A DNA stretch of 64,000 nt from Octopus sinensis (taxonomy: Eukaryota). Both the position numbers and the translations under genes were made by a program. Location: NCBI RefSeq assembly GCF_006345805.1, contig NC_042999.1, positions 146,444,001 to 146,508,000 on the forward strand. Reading direction: 5' to 3'. Under the pieces are notes generated by a model that worked only from the letters and a program-made list of their open reading frames with translations, had not been told where the DNA came from and ran no database searches. The stretch's first letter is position 1. The number at the start of each line of letters is the position of its first letter. This document shows positions 1 to 13,260 of the stretch, in pieces.

Positions 1-699
1 TTGCAGAAAGGTGAATTGTTATGTTTCTAAGGCAGTAAAAGAGGCATAAAAAATGGTCAACTAACATATTTTCTTCATTTTCTCTCTGATAAAGTGCCCA
101 GAACAAAATATTAATATATAATGCCGGTCAAAGTTATGCAGTTTTGCCAACAATATCAGCAGACTTTTGCCGATGCCAACTATCTCTATCTATTTTAACG
201 CTGTCTTCATATAACAAAGGATAATTTCTTGAGCGTCTGATGTATGCATATATACATCATATACATAATATACATCCATATTTTATACACACACACACAC
301 TGTATGTACATATATATACAGTATGTATACATGTATTTATGTATTTATGTGTGTGTGCTTGTATCTGTGTATGTGCATATGTGTGTGGGTCTGTGCAGGC
401 TTAGTAGTGCAAAAGAGAAGACAAAACTCTGTAAGTGAAAATACAGTGCTTTATTTTTAATCGATAGAAGTCTATAAAAATGCCTCAAGGGTCGATTATT
501 TTGCGCGTGGCACTTATCTGCATGCACGAAAATTTCGGCACTCGAGTCAGTTTTGTAACTTTCTGTTGATTAGCAAATTAGAAACATACATACATGCCTA
601 CATAAATAAGGAACGTAATCTCGACGAGGCTTGATAGTTGGCTATTGAAACAAAAATTTCACATCCTACAAAGAACCTTTCACGACCTTTTAAAAACAA

Positions 700-2065
700 A
701 ACAGAACATTGGATGCGAAGCTAGATACAAACTGTACATAGTTTCTTTGAATGTGTTTCTCCAAGAGCACAACCAAACAAATACAGTGATAATAGATGAA
801 CAGGAGGAGAAAAGAAAGGAGTTTTGGACTGTGCTGAAATCTCTTCATCACCAAAGATGCTAAACAACATCGGCGCTGTTTAATATAGCTGATCTACAAG
901 AAGGCATCTGATTCAGTCCCTCACTCATGGATACTAGAACCACTACACCTTGCCAAAGTGCCAAATATTATAGTTAATGCATTGAAAGACCACAGTATAG
1001 TCCACACAATTATCACTAACAACCGAAGCAATATCTATAGCTGCAAACCAAATTAATGGTGTTTGTACCGGCACTAAAATCCTTGTTTTCAACCCTTTAA
1101 ATGTAATATCAAGACTATATTTTGGGATATGCATAAAAGAAGAGCAACATCACCACCACACTTTTTGTTGATGACCTAAAATTACACTCAGGTAAAATGA
1201 ACAACATCAAGAGAAACTTAGAACCTGTCATAACATTTTCACGAGACAGGGCGTTTGGGCAAGATAAATTCTCATGCATGATAGTCAAAGATTGATTGTC
1301 AGCCAGTCAGAGAGCATCAATTGTTCTTCTGTTTTCCCTATTTCCAGTGATGAATACATTGAACACACTAATACTGAGTGGAAAGCCAGTCAGAAAAGAA
1401 CGCTTCTGCAGGCTCCAAAACATATGGAACTCAAAGCTATCTGCATTTAATAAGACCATGTCTCAACATATCTTGCAACATTTGGGATATTAGACTAGAC
1501 ACGATGAAATCTGCTATCTGGACATTAAAGCTAGACATATTCTGACCAAGAATGGCAACTTCCACATCAAAAGAAATACTGTTAAGAGCTGTGTATGAAA
1601 AACATAAAGAAGGTAGAAGTGACATAAGATTTATCCAAACAGCCTTTGAATGTCTCACTGTATCACTCAGACAACGGCTCTGAATAGGAAAGAAAGAAAC
1701 GCAATAAGAAATGAGAGTAACAGTATCTTCGGTGTAAGGGCGAAATTCTTAAGCAGGTACTCTGAGAGAATAATCTGAGTACACAAAAGATTGGAGAAGC
1801 ACTCAACATAACGAAAAAAAAAGAAAAAAGCAAAAAGCAAAAGGAAACAATGCATGAGTACATATCACGCAAACCAGAGTATAACAATGGCATTGAAGGG
1901 AGAATAGCTTCTCCTGGACTTATGATAAATACATTGCATCCCGCCTAGAAGGATATGCTTTTGCCATCCAGAAACTTGAGATCGCTTCCAAATACTTGAC
2001 ACCAAGAGAAACAAAGTTGCTACCAAACCTCAATGTTGTAACAGAAAATGTCAGTGATGCTGAAC
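700..2065 (+). mobile_element. Highly decayed R4/Dong-like non-LTR retrotransposon remnant
   Basis: Frame-shifted motifs LFVDDLKLH (about 1160-1190), FGQDK, LSAFNKT, LDIKAR and [18 protein letters not shown] parallel the better-preserved element at 60697-62668. Boundaries are approximate. Confidence 0.65.
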
Positions 2066-2080
2066 CTATCTATATATCTA

Positions 2081-2127
<47 letters not shown>

Positions 2128-2128
2128 T

Positions 2129-2179
<51 letters not shown>

Positions 2180-2284
2180 GTCTGTCTGTCTGTCTGTCAG
2201 TCTACCTACAACCTACCTACCTACCTACCTACCTACCTACCTACCTACCTACCTACTTACCTACCTACCTACCTACCTACCTAC

Positions 2285-2342
<58 letters not shown>

Positions 2343-2345
2343 GTT
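2066..2345. repeat. Compound (TC)n/(TATC)n/(TACC)n microsatellite
   Basis: Directly visible. Confidence 0.95.
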
Positions 2346-2599
2346 TGTCTGCACTTCTGTTCGTCTGTATTTATGAATATAGACGAACAGAAGGAAGTAG
2401 AAATAAATGGTTTTCTCTTAATACACAAACGACAAGCCGAGAGCAGATATGTTTGAATGGCTCAAATGATTTCAATTAAAATCCACATCGTTGCCAACTC
2501 TTGAGAAAGTGAGAAGTAATAAAAAGATTAACGACCTTAGTTGCAGCTAATGAATTACTTGTCGTTCTGAACAGTAAGAACAAAAATACGATTTGAATC

Positions 2600-4300
2600 G
2601 TTCGGATAACACTAAACACGTCTCCTTGATGCATGTGAATTTCAAAATGTGAGACATTGTAACCGAAGCCATACCAAAGTTTAATCTATTCTGAACTTGA
2701 TGTTTTGCTTAATTCCTCATCATTCCCCGACTTTGATTGCTGAGGAATAAGTCCTGAAGATTTCCTTGACAAACACTGAGTACTTCTCAAAAAAGGTGAC
2801 GAGAGATGGAAAGACAATTGGGTGGTGAATGCCTAGCTAGTGGAGGTACGAGGCTAGCGATGTCCAAGAAGTAGAGCAAATTATATTAGCGGTAAAAATA
2901 CGACAAAAAGAAGAGACATCACGCTTGTAGACCAGAGGTTGGAGTGTGTCCATGAGTGAAGGAATGCCAATTGGTCGAAAAGCTCTTTGGATGTGATCTA
3001 GAATGTTTACGTGCATAGTATTAGTTCAGCCTAGATGTGGACGCCGTAGTCTGTTGTGGTATTATTTGAACCTTCTGGAGTGTCAGCAGCTGGGAAGGGC
3101 TAGTCTTTTGCATGTGATCCAAGTTATGCTAAATATACACTTTCGCAAGGAGAGCACTTCAGTGAAAGGGTGGCCTAGTGTTTGAAGCAAATGTGAGGGC
3201 TCTGACTGAATAGCATTTCAGTTTAGAAGAAGCACCGTGCACAAGTATTTTCTGGATGTGATTTCTGCCTGAGATTTCTTCCTGTTAATTAGCATTATTC
3301 TACGGTCTCTGTTTATGGAGTCAATGCGGGCTTGATATGCAGTGTGGAGATGGCGTGTGAGTGATGCATAGCAAGAGAAGGTTACAAAGGAATGAAGGGT
3401 TGCATTCTTTGCATAACAGTGGGCGTTGTTGGATGCGGTAACAGTTAAGTCATTGATTTATAGAAGGAAAACAGCAGTGGGACTGAACCGAACACTGGAA
3501 ACACCAGATTATGAATGGGAGAGAAAAATCTCCGTCAACACGTGTTGTTATCGTACAGTACAAGTGTATAGATTCAAGAGAGAAATGTAGTTGAGTCCGT
3601 GGGTAAGACGTTTTTATAAAAGATTTGCATGTCAGACATGGACAAAGGCCTTGCTGACATCGAGAGCAAAATAATGTTTTCACCAGACTCCTCTAAAGTG
3701 ACAGCCCACTGTCGTATCATATAAGAGCGCAGGTCACTTCAAGTACCGTCTTATTCACTGAGGTGAGAGAGAATTAATGTGATGGAAAACATATTTGATA
3801 ATGGTTGCCTTCAGCATCTTGATAATGCAAAATTCTAAGGCAATGGGGTGGTTATTGGCTGGGTCGGAGAGTATGCTTTTCTTTAAAATAGGACACAAAG
3901 AGTCTTGCTTCCAAATGATTCCCCAGAGCGAGTATAAGATTAAAAACTTTTGTGAATATAGAACGATTTCCATGGTTCAGCGTTTGAGTGTAACAGAAGA
4001 GATAATGTCAACAATACAATTCTTCCTTCTTTATCTTCCACAAACAAACGTACTTTATATGCAACTTACCCACTCTATGTCAAACTTGCGCTGACTCCCT
4101 AAACAGTGACTTTGGAAGCATACTTCAATGGCGATAACGTATCTTACCTCTTTCAACTGTACAAAGACGCAGTCACTGAGCTTATCAAAATATTGTACTT
4201 CTCTTTATATAGTCTTCGATCACCAAATAATAAAAGCCCACCAAAGTAGCTGTAAATATAAGGATTTCTAATCACTGGTGATCTCTCCTAGCGATCTCAC
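2600..4300 (-). mobile_element. Decayed CR1/L2/Jockey-group LINE reverse transcriptase remnant
   Basis: Minus-strand motifs PILKKSILSDPANNHPIAL, SGVS...INDL...HCYAKNATL (a YADD relic) and LDHIQRAF...MDTLQPL, with many stops. Boundaries are approximate. Confidence 0.7.
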
Positions 4301-6439
4301 ATTCATAACCTACCACAAACAGCTTCTGAAAGTTTGCGTTTTCTCTTAAGTGCTCAGAACAACTATTGACCTTTTACAAAACTGGGGTGATCCCTAATGG
4401 AATACTGTTTTTATATACACGAAAACACTGTAGGTTTACTCAAACATATCAAACATAAGTATGGTGGGCTAATTGAAAATTTTGATTTTTTTCAAGCTCG
4501 CAGATGTAATCTTCCCATTCTGTTATCCCAGAACTATAAGTGTCACCTCTTTACCCCCATCCCTAAGCATGCTAACTGCATATCATTTCCAACTGAACAC
4601 ACCCTGAACACATCCATCTTTCCTTACGTCATTCATTTTCGGTTTCCTTCCTCCACCAGAGTTTACAGCATCCGAAACCCCAAATCTTTCTCCTCAGAAT
4701 ATTGATGCTCTGGAATTCTCTTCCCACACACAGAGCACCTAATACACCCAGCCTTAGAGGTCCTGTAAAGGATGTTGGTACAGCCATTCCGTCTTAGCTA
4801 AAACTATTAAACCATAAATAATAAATATAAACGTGGAAATAAAAGTAATGGAAAACTGAAAACCAAAGAAAACAAACAAACAAAAAACAAACTGTAAACG
4901 AAAAAATAATTGTCTTCCAAATCTATAATCGAATTTCTTCTCTAGAGCTGGCAACCTATTTAGTTGCCTGACTTTGATAAACTACATGATTGCCTGTTGA
5001 AATATCATAGAAAAAAAAATGTTTGTTCTGCAAATTGATGGTAAATAGTTTTCTTTACAGCTATTTGCTATCGAATTACATTTGGAGAAATGAAACGATA
5101 ACAAAATACTAAAAATAATAAAAAATAAAGCCTCAAAGAAAATCAGACATGAGTCGTTGTCAATTGTAACACAATCTCTGCCGTCAAAACTATACCCTAA
5201 AGGATAACAAAATTGACTTGTTGGATAATGGAGGCATTACAGTGGATCTAAGTGATTTTACTCGAAAAGAAATTTACTCGTCGAGAATTTAGAAACGGAC
5301 AGGACAACGTAATTACATAATTGTTTTTCTCCAGTCAACCAAATTTTCCCTTTAACATTACCCGAGGTTCACTTTACAATATCTTCACGAATATTCAATC
5401 AACAATGGTTTTTGTTTACTTTAAGCATAAATATCCAATGAAAAATTCAGTTTATTTAATTATATATTAATTACTTATAGTGAATATTTATTTTTCCTCT
5501 TTTTGTGCACCTGTTAATAAATTTTGCGAAAATAGTAATTCTGCTATTTTTTTTAACAAACTTTATATATATCATTTGCTCCTGGGAAAGACAAAACATC
5601 TTTTCAAGAAAATATGATTTTTTTCAAATTTTATATTCTATTCCAGATTATGATAGAGGCTAATATTATGATTTCGGATTCCTAAAAGCGTAGAATGAGT
5701 GCGAAACCCGTTTGTCTTTGCGGTTCAGTTTGAAGTATAACCTAAATTTCTCTCAAGTGGAAAAGATATTTTATCCTAAACCATTACTGATAATGTAGGC
5801 AATATAGGTAATGTAGGCCAAAGTAAATGGTTAAATCGTTTAATGTCCATTATAAGAACTTTTGTTAAAATAAAGGAAGGTATATGCGATGTTATCAAAT
5901 TTTGTTATCCAGAGATTCATGTGGAACAAAAACATAATCGAAATGGTATACATGCAATCTCGTTGAGTAAGAGTCTTTTGACGAAGAACGAACATAACAA
6001 TCGTCTAAATGAATGTGTAGTTTTCCTAAGAAGACCACTGCTCAATAGACAGCTTGCAGTCTTTCAGCTGAAAAACCTTTCAATATCGTCTCAGCCAATA
6101 GAATTTAATCAGACGAATACAAGCGTAAATTCGAATAAACAACACAAACAATAAAAAAAAACCCCAAACAATGCAAACAAAAACAGCAGAAATGAGAATT
6201 TCTTTTTGCATGGCGTGTATAGAAGTGGAGAGGAAAAGGTCACATCTTTCAATGCATAGGTTCATCAAATTCATTTCCATTGAGGTAAGAGATTCCTTGA
6301 GGCACACTGATTTAAATAATCGGAACCATCAAGGGCTTACACAAACAAACACATATACACACAAACATAATTGTGTATATACATATGTACATGTATGTAT
6401 TAATATATATATATATACATATATATGTATATGTATATA

Positions 6440-6502
<63 letters not shown>

Positions 6503-6503
6503 G

Positions 6504-6535
<32 letters not shown>

Positions 6536-6661
6536 CATCACAATCAAGGAACGGCCATTATAGGCCATTCACCCACTAGAAATAACAGCCAAAGCTTCAA
6601 CCGCAAAATAACATTAATTCCGCAAACCAGGAGAAAATTAAAAAAACATTTACCCTGTAGT

Positions 6662-6765
6662 TTCTTATACGATGCACCGTTTCAATCTATTGTTTAATGG
6701 TAAACTAACCTGATTAAATTAAATCAAGCCAATCTTCCATAGGCCGATAGATTCGTCAGTAAGAA
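6662..6765 (-). ncRNA. Type I hammerhead ribozyme in the inverted segment (1-nt insertion before GAAA)
   Basis: Reverse complement reads ttctta-CTGACGA-atctat...atagat-t-GAA-acggtgcatcgt-A-taagaa. Confidence 0.8.
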
Positions 6766-7511
6766 GCAGCCAGATCGGAACAGATATTATCACGAGGCAC
6801 TTCCATCCCTGCCTCGGCAATATCTGACCTAAAATTTTCAAATCATCGCACTCGCACCAAATTTATCGGCAGCAAATAAATATAAGCCGCCGATTCCATT
6901 ACGGAATTAACCAGAAAATTCATAATTAATCAATATAGGGTGGCAAAAAATTTTGTAGAATTTTTTTGCCACCAGCGGCCTAGTGGGAAAAAATTAAATA
7001 GTCATAGACCATTTATAAGTTCAACATCACAATCAAGGAACGGCCATAATAGGCCATTCACCCACTAGAAATTAAACAATAGATGAAACGGTGCATCGTA
7101 TAAGAAACGGTGCATCGTATAAGAAACTACAGGGTAAATGTTTTTTTAATTTTCTCCTGGTTTGCGGAATTAATGTTATTTTGCGGTTGAAGCTTTGGCT
7201 GTTATTTCTAGTGGGTGAATGGCCTATTATGGCCGTTCCTTGATTGTGATGTTGAACTTATAAATGGTCTATGACTATTTAATTTTTTCCCACTAGGCCG
7301 CTGGTGGCAAAAAAAATTCTACAAAATTTTTTGCCACACTATATTGATTAATTATGAATTTTCTGGTTAATTCCGTAATGGAATCGGCGGCTTATATTTA
7401 TTTGCGGCCGATAAATTTGGCGCGAGTGCGATGATTTGAAAATTTTAGGTCAGATATTGCCGAGGCAGGGATGGAAGTGCCTCGTGATAATATCTGTTCC
7501 GATCTGGCTGC

Positions 7512-7614
7512 TTCTTACTGACGAATCTATCGGCCTATGGAAGATTGGCTTGATCTAATTTAATCAGGTTAGTTTACCATTAAACAATAAATGAAACGGT
7601 GCATCGTATAAGAA
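7512..7614 (+). ncRNA. Type I hammerhead ribozyme, copy 1 (one mismatch in stem II)
   Basis: Stem I ttctta/taagaa; core CTGACGA 7518-7524; stem II atctat/ataaat; GAA; stem III acggtgcatcgt; predicted cleavage after GUA at 7608. Confidence 0.85.
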
Positions 7615-7999
7615 ACTACAGGGTAAATGTTTTTTTAATTTTCTCCTGGTTTGCGGAATTAATGTTATTTTGCGGTTGAAGCTTTGGCTGTTATTTCTAG
7701 TTGGTGAATGGCCTATTATGGCCGTTCCTTGATTGTGATGTTGAACTTATATATGGTCTATGACTATTTAATTTTTTCCCACTAGGCCGCTGGTGGCAAA
7801 AAAATTCTACAAAATTTTTTGCCACCCTATATTGATTAATTATGAATTTTCTGGTTAATTCCGTAATGGAATCGGCGGCTTATATTTATTTGCTGCCGAT
7901 AAATTTGGCGCGAGTGCGATGATTTGAAAATTTTAGGTCAGATATTGCCGAGGCAGGGATGCAAGTGCCTCGTGATAATATCTGTTCCGATCTGGCTGC

Positions 8000-8102
8000 T
8001 TCTTACTGACGAATCTATCGGCCTATGGAAGATTGGCTTGATTTAATTTAATCAGGTTAGTTTACCATTAAACAATAGATGAAACGGTGCATCGTATAAG
8101 AA
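8000..8102 (+). ncRNA. Type I hammerhead ribozyme, copy 2
   Basis: ttctta-CTGACGA(8006-8012)-atctat...atagat-GAA-acggtgcatcgt-A(8096)-taagaa. All core nucleotides are canonical. Confidence 0.9.
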
Positions 8103-8487
8103 ACTACAGGGTAAATGCTTTTTTAATTTTCTCCTGGTTTGCGGAATTAATGTTATTTTGCGGTTGAAGCTTTGGCTGTTATTTCTAGTGGGTGAATGGC
8201 CTATTATGGCCGTTCCTTGATTGTGATGTTGAACTTATATATGGTCTATGACTATTTAATTTTTTCCCACTAGGCCGCTGGTGGCAAAAAAATTCTACAA
8301 AATTTTTTGCCACCCTATATTGATTAATTATGAATTTTCTGGTTAATTCCGTAATGGAATCGGCGGCTTATATTTATTTGCTGCCGATAAATTTGGCGCG
8401 AGTGCGATGATTTGAAAATTTTAGGTCAGATATTGCCGAGGCAGGGATGCAAGTGCCTCGTGATAATATCTGTTCCGATCTGGCTGC

Positions 8488-8590
8488 TTCTTACTGACGA
8501 ATCTATCGGCCTATGGAAGATTGGCTTGATTTAATTTAATCAGGTTAGTTTACCATTAAACAATAGATGAAACGGTGCATCGTATAAGAA
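8488..8590 (+). ncRNA. Type I hammerhead ribozyme, copy 3
   Basis: Same as copy 2; core 8494-8500; predicted cleavage after 8584. Confidence 0.9.
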
Positions 8591-8975
8591 ACTACAGAGT
8601 AAATGTTTTTTTAATTTTCTCCTGGTTTGCGGAATTAATGTTATTTTGCGGTTGAAGCTTTGGCTGTTATTTCTAGTGGGTGAATGGCCTATTATGGCCG
8701 TTCCTTGATTGTGATGTTGAACTTATAAATGGTCTATGACTATTTAATTTTTTCCCACTAGGCCGTTGGTGGCAAAAAAATTCTACAAAATTTTTTGCCA
8801 CACTATATTGATTAATTATGAATTTTCTGGTTAATTCCGTAATGGAATCGGCGGCTTATATTTATTTGCTGCCGATAAATTTGGCGCGAGTGCGATGATT
8901 TGAAAATTTTATGTCAGATATTGCCGAGGCAGGGATGCAAGTGCCTCGTGATAATATCTGTTCCGATCTGGCTGC

Positions 8976-9078
8976 TTCTTACTGACGAATCTATCGGCCT
9001 ATGGAAGATTGGCTTGATTTAATTTAATCAGGTTAGTTTACCATTAAACAATAGATGAAACGGTGCATCGTATAAGAA
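8976..9078 (+). ncRNA. Type I hammerhead ribozyme, copy 4
   Basis: Same as copy 2; core 8982-8988; predicted cleavage after 9072. Confidence 0.9.
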
Positions 9079-9298
9079 ACTACAGGGTAAATGTTTTTTT
9101 AATTTTCTCCTGGTTTGCGGAATTAATGTTATTTTGCGGTTGAAGCTTTGGCTGTTATTTCTAGTGGGTGAATGGCCTATTATGGCCGTTCCTTGATTGT
9201 GATGGTGAACTTATAAATGGTCTATGACTATTTAATTTTTTCCCACTAGGCCGCTGGTGGCAAAAAAATTCTACAAAATATTTTGCCACCCTATATTG

Positions 9299-9436
<138 letters not shown>

Positions 9437-9513
9437 TATATATACGTACCTACATATACATATATTCATAAATGCACACAGACACACATTTACATATATA
9501 TTATATCTATATA

Positions 9514-9968
9514 TATTGGATTGGCAACTAAGTTCCCGCCGTTTTTTAAAAATTTTGTAATATATTTTTTTCAAAAATTCTATTTTTGAATCATTTCGGA
9601 ATCTATTTTGTTTATTTTCCTAGTTAATTTTAGTTAATTTTTGTTTATTTTCAGATCATTAAAATGGAATGTCAAGAAAAAGGAGCATTTTCGACACCTC
9701 CTTCTTTTTGCTTTTAATCAAGGTTCTAATGCCGCAAAGTTGCTCGCGACATTTGTGTTGTGTATGGAGAGAGTGCCATAGTTGAAAGAACCGCTTGTGA
9801 TTTGTATGCCAAGTTCAAAAATGGAAATTTTGACCTCAAGGGCGTACACTTTCTGGCCGTCCAGTTGAGTTCGATGAAGGGCGATTAAACCAACTTTTGC
9901 AAGAAAATTCTCGTCAAATTACAAGGGAACTGACAGAGACATTGGAATGCTCCTACGCTGCTATAGAA
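9514..9968 (+). mobile_element. Mariner (Tc1/mariner) 5' fragment: left TIR and transposase N-terminal HTH
   Basis: TA followed by TIR-like ttggattggcaactaagt. Frame-shifted peptide EHFRHLLLFAFNQGSNAA..ARDICVVYGESAIVERTA..YAKFKNGNFDL..SGRPVEFDEGRLNQLLQENSRQITREL. Confidence 0.85.
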
Positions 9969-11070
9969 AAGAAGAGGAGGGGAGGAGGAAAAGCGAGCAG
10001 AAACGAAAGTGAAGAAGGGAGAAAAAAGAAGACGAAAAAGGACAAGGAGGAGGAAGAGAAGAAAAAAAGAAGACATTATACACACATACTTTTCTTTTGA
10101 TATCTATTAGTTTTTAGATTTATTTTCCTATACATATTATTTATATATGATTTCGTAGGCGCTATTTACATATCATATCATATACCCAGGCAAATTCCCC
10201 ATTTTTTCGGAGGGGGTAGCCACAGCAAGATACACACCAGGCATTCCATTCATTTCCCAGCTATTTACAGCAGAAAATTATTGGATAATATTTTTATAGT
10301 TGCCGAAGCAACTTTCCACACATGTTAAATAAGTATCATTCCACAATTGTTACATTTTGGCAGATTAAACAGCATTGGTAAGGAAATTATAATAGGTTAT
10401 TATTTGAATGTATATAGTCTAATCTAAGATACATGAAGCATTTTTCTTCAATTCTCCTCCTTAAAACACAAGAGAATTACCAGGGGTGAACAAGGACATT
10501 TTCAGAAAATACTACAGTAGCAAGACTGATTTACGCTGGCATTATCTTACTGCAGTTAATTGGGATTCCATTAACTGCTAATGAGATAATAATCACTGCC
10601 ATATTTCAGCATGATGGCACTTATTGTCAACATGTCACAAATATTCAGAATTACCTGCTTGAACCAGCTCCAAATATGTTGATTAAAGATTGGATTAGCA
10701 AAACGTGTCCATCTTGATGTCATATCTAAACCTTTTGGATTAATTTCCTTGGAGATTTATGAAATGTTCAATCTTGCAAACAAGGATTACAACACTTGAA
10801 ATTTATGTGAGCATAAAGAAAATACTGCAAATATAGTGTGGCAGATTTTCTAGGACGTACATGGAGACGTTGCGGAACGATTTGAACTGTGTGTAGGGGG
10901 ATCGTTACGGCCAACATGTCGAAGCTTGTTCTTTAAACTTCTAACAATATTATTTATCTTTCATTCAATAGTTAATTTTATGTATATTTTTTATACTATT
11001 GATGCATGTCATTAATACAAAGAGATAATTTATGGTCATACGGCACGTACACACACATATGTATATAAAC

Positions 11071-11165
<95 letters not shown>

Positions 11166-11193
11166 GTATGTCAGTCTGTCTATCAATCCATAT

Positions 11194-11510
11194 GAGGAGA
11201 CACCCTCGGTCATGAATGACAATGGGATTGCACCTAGAAAGTTACCCTCCGAGGTACAAGTCCGAGCAAGGTTGCCCATGCATATCAGCCTCCCCTCTCC
11301 ACGCCACCAGTGTTATCCAAAGGAAAGGCAAAGGTCGATACAGCTTGGCACCAGTGATGTTGCATTTCATTTCTACAGCTGAGTAAACTGGAGCAACGTG
11401 AAATAAAGTGTCTTGCTCAAGAGCACAACACGCAGCCCAGTCCGGGAATCAAACTCACAACCTCACGATCGTAAGCTCGACGCTCTAGCCACTGAGCCAT
11501 GCGTCTTCAC
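11194..11510 (-). mobile_element. tRNA-derived SINE, family B, with 12-bp target-site duplication
   Basis: A box tggctcagtgg, B box gtttgattc and central cttgagcaagacactt. TSD atcaatccatat at 11182-11193 and 11511-11522. Confidence 0.9.
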
Positions 11511-12063
11511 ATCAATCCATATATACAAATAAAATGAGTAAGATTATGTTAAGGAGTAGACAGACAATAAACCGTATATGAACTTAAACTACTAAAAAAA
11601 TCGTGGTGCGAAAATTACCCCACTATAGACGCAGACAAACACACAAACACACATACACACACACACACACACATATTCACACATACACATACACTCATTC
11701 TCACCCACACACACGCATTATGCATATAATTGTGGTCGGTCTCTTGTGTAATATATCGTCTGACGGCCCGGCAATGGCTTTTTCCCCCGTCATGTCTTGT
11801 TCAAGTCTATTTGCCACAGGTTACTGTGAGTCAAGCTTTAAACATAACTGGATTAATGCGATTAACGACCAGCATGATTAGAGCCATCAAAACAATCATG
11901 CAACACATAATGATCTCGTTCCTTATAATGAACAACATAATAAGTAATTAGCGAACAAAACGCTTTAGTATGAACTGGATTGTCAAGTATAAAGCCAATT
12001 AAATAATTATTGAAATATTACATTTCTAAATATCTCAGAGTGATATAAGCAGTAGTGGTACGA

Positions 12064-12303
12064 TAGAGTGGTTGTATACTGTGAACTTAATGTGACAGTC
12101 CCATGAAGGGAATCACACCACTGCTATATATCCCTAGGAAGCATCAGCGCTTCCTGTCGGCCTTGACACATTTCCTTGCCCTTATGTTTACAAGGGGGAG
12201 ACAAGGCCGACAGGAAGCGTTGATGCTTCCTATGGATATATAGCAGTGTTGTGATTCCCTTCATGGGACTGTCACATTAAGTTGACAGTATACAACTACT
12301 CTA
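12064..12303. mobile_element. Palindromic MITE or fold-back element (about 102-bp arms, 36-bp spacer)
   Basis: tagagtggttgtatactg...gtcggccttg (12064-12165) is the near-perfect inverse of caaggccgac...cagtatacaactactcta (12202-12303). TA occurs at both ends. Confidence 0.75.
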
Positions 12304-12502
12304 AATAATTATTTAGATTTATTTATTCGTCTCGTGTTAAAAACAATATGAAAATAAGTATTTTACGCCCAGTCACAATTTAATACATAGCATATATGCT
12401 TTTGTTACTATGATTTTCGGTATTATATATGGATCCATCCTCGACGATCTGGATCTAAATCTTAATGCGTTGACGTAGCCTACTACTTCCCATTCAGAAA
12501 GT

Positions 12503-12829
12503 GACACCCTTCGGTCATGAATGACAATGGGATTGCACCTGGAAAATTACTCTCCAAGGCACAAGTCCGGGCAAGGTTGTTTATGGAAGACCAGCAGTCG
12601 CCCATGCATACCAGTCTCCCATCTCCACGCCAACGATGTTATCCAAAAAAAAGGCAAAGGCCGTAACAGGTTGGCTGCAGTGACGTCGCAGCTCATTTCT
12701 TCAGTCATAGTGAAGTGCAGCAACGTGAAATAAAGTATCTTGCTCAACAACACAACACGCAGCCCTGTCCGGGAATCGAACTCACAACCTCACGATCGTA
12801 AATTCGACGCTCTAACCACTGAGCCATGC
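12503..12829 (-). mobile_element. tRNA-derived SINE, family B
   Basis: Aligns with 11194-11510. Confidence 0.85.
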
Positions 12830-13260
12830 AAGTCGTAGGCTACCTCTATGAACAATGAATTTCTTTAGAAATATACAGTCTTACAAATGGGTTACTCTGA
12901 AGGATTTCTGGGGTAACATTATTTAACAGGATGCTCGGACATCAGAGTGCCTCATTAGGTCAAGTAGCTACTTATCCGTGTTAAGACGTCACAGTCCCGG
13001 TACGACGGTTATGTGCTTAGGATGTTGCAAGAAAGTCTCGTAAGATGAATTTATTCAGCTGAGTTATTCGCCAGGAGACCTAGGGGTATATTAAGAAGGA
13101 TATGGTTCGATAATATCCACAGCCTCAGTTGGTCCTGCCTGAGAGTCCAACCGGAAAATCTATTGGCTGTTGCTTTTGATAGGCGCCTATAAAGGAGGTC
13201 CCTGGGAATTCCCCACTGCACGGGCATCTCAGGATTAGTAGGCAGAGAAGATTGTTGGAC
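12830..13260 (+). mobile_element. RTE-clade LINE 3' remnant
   Basis: Peptide RRPRGILRRIWFDNIHSLSWSCLRVQPENLLAVAFDRRL*RRSL resembles the RTE C-terminus (R.RGRPR.RW.D.I...A.DR..W). Confidence 0.6.
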
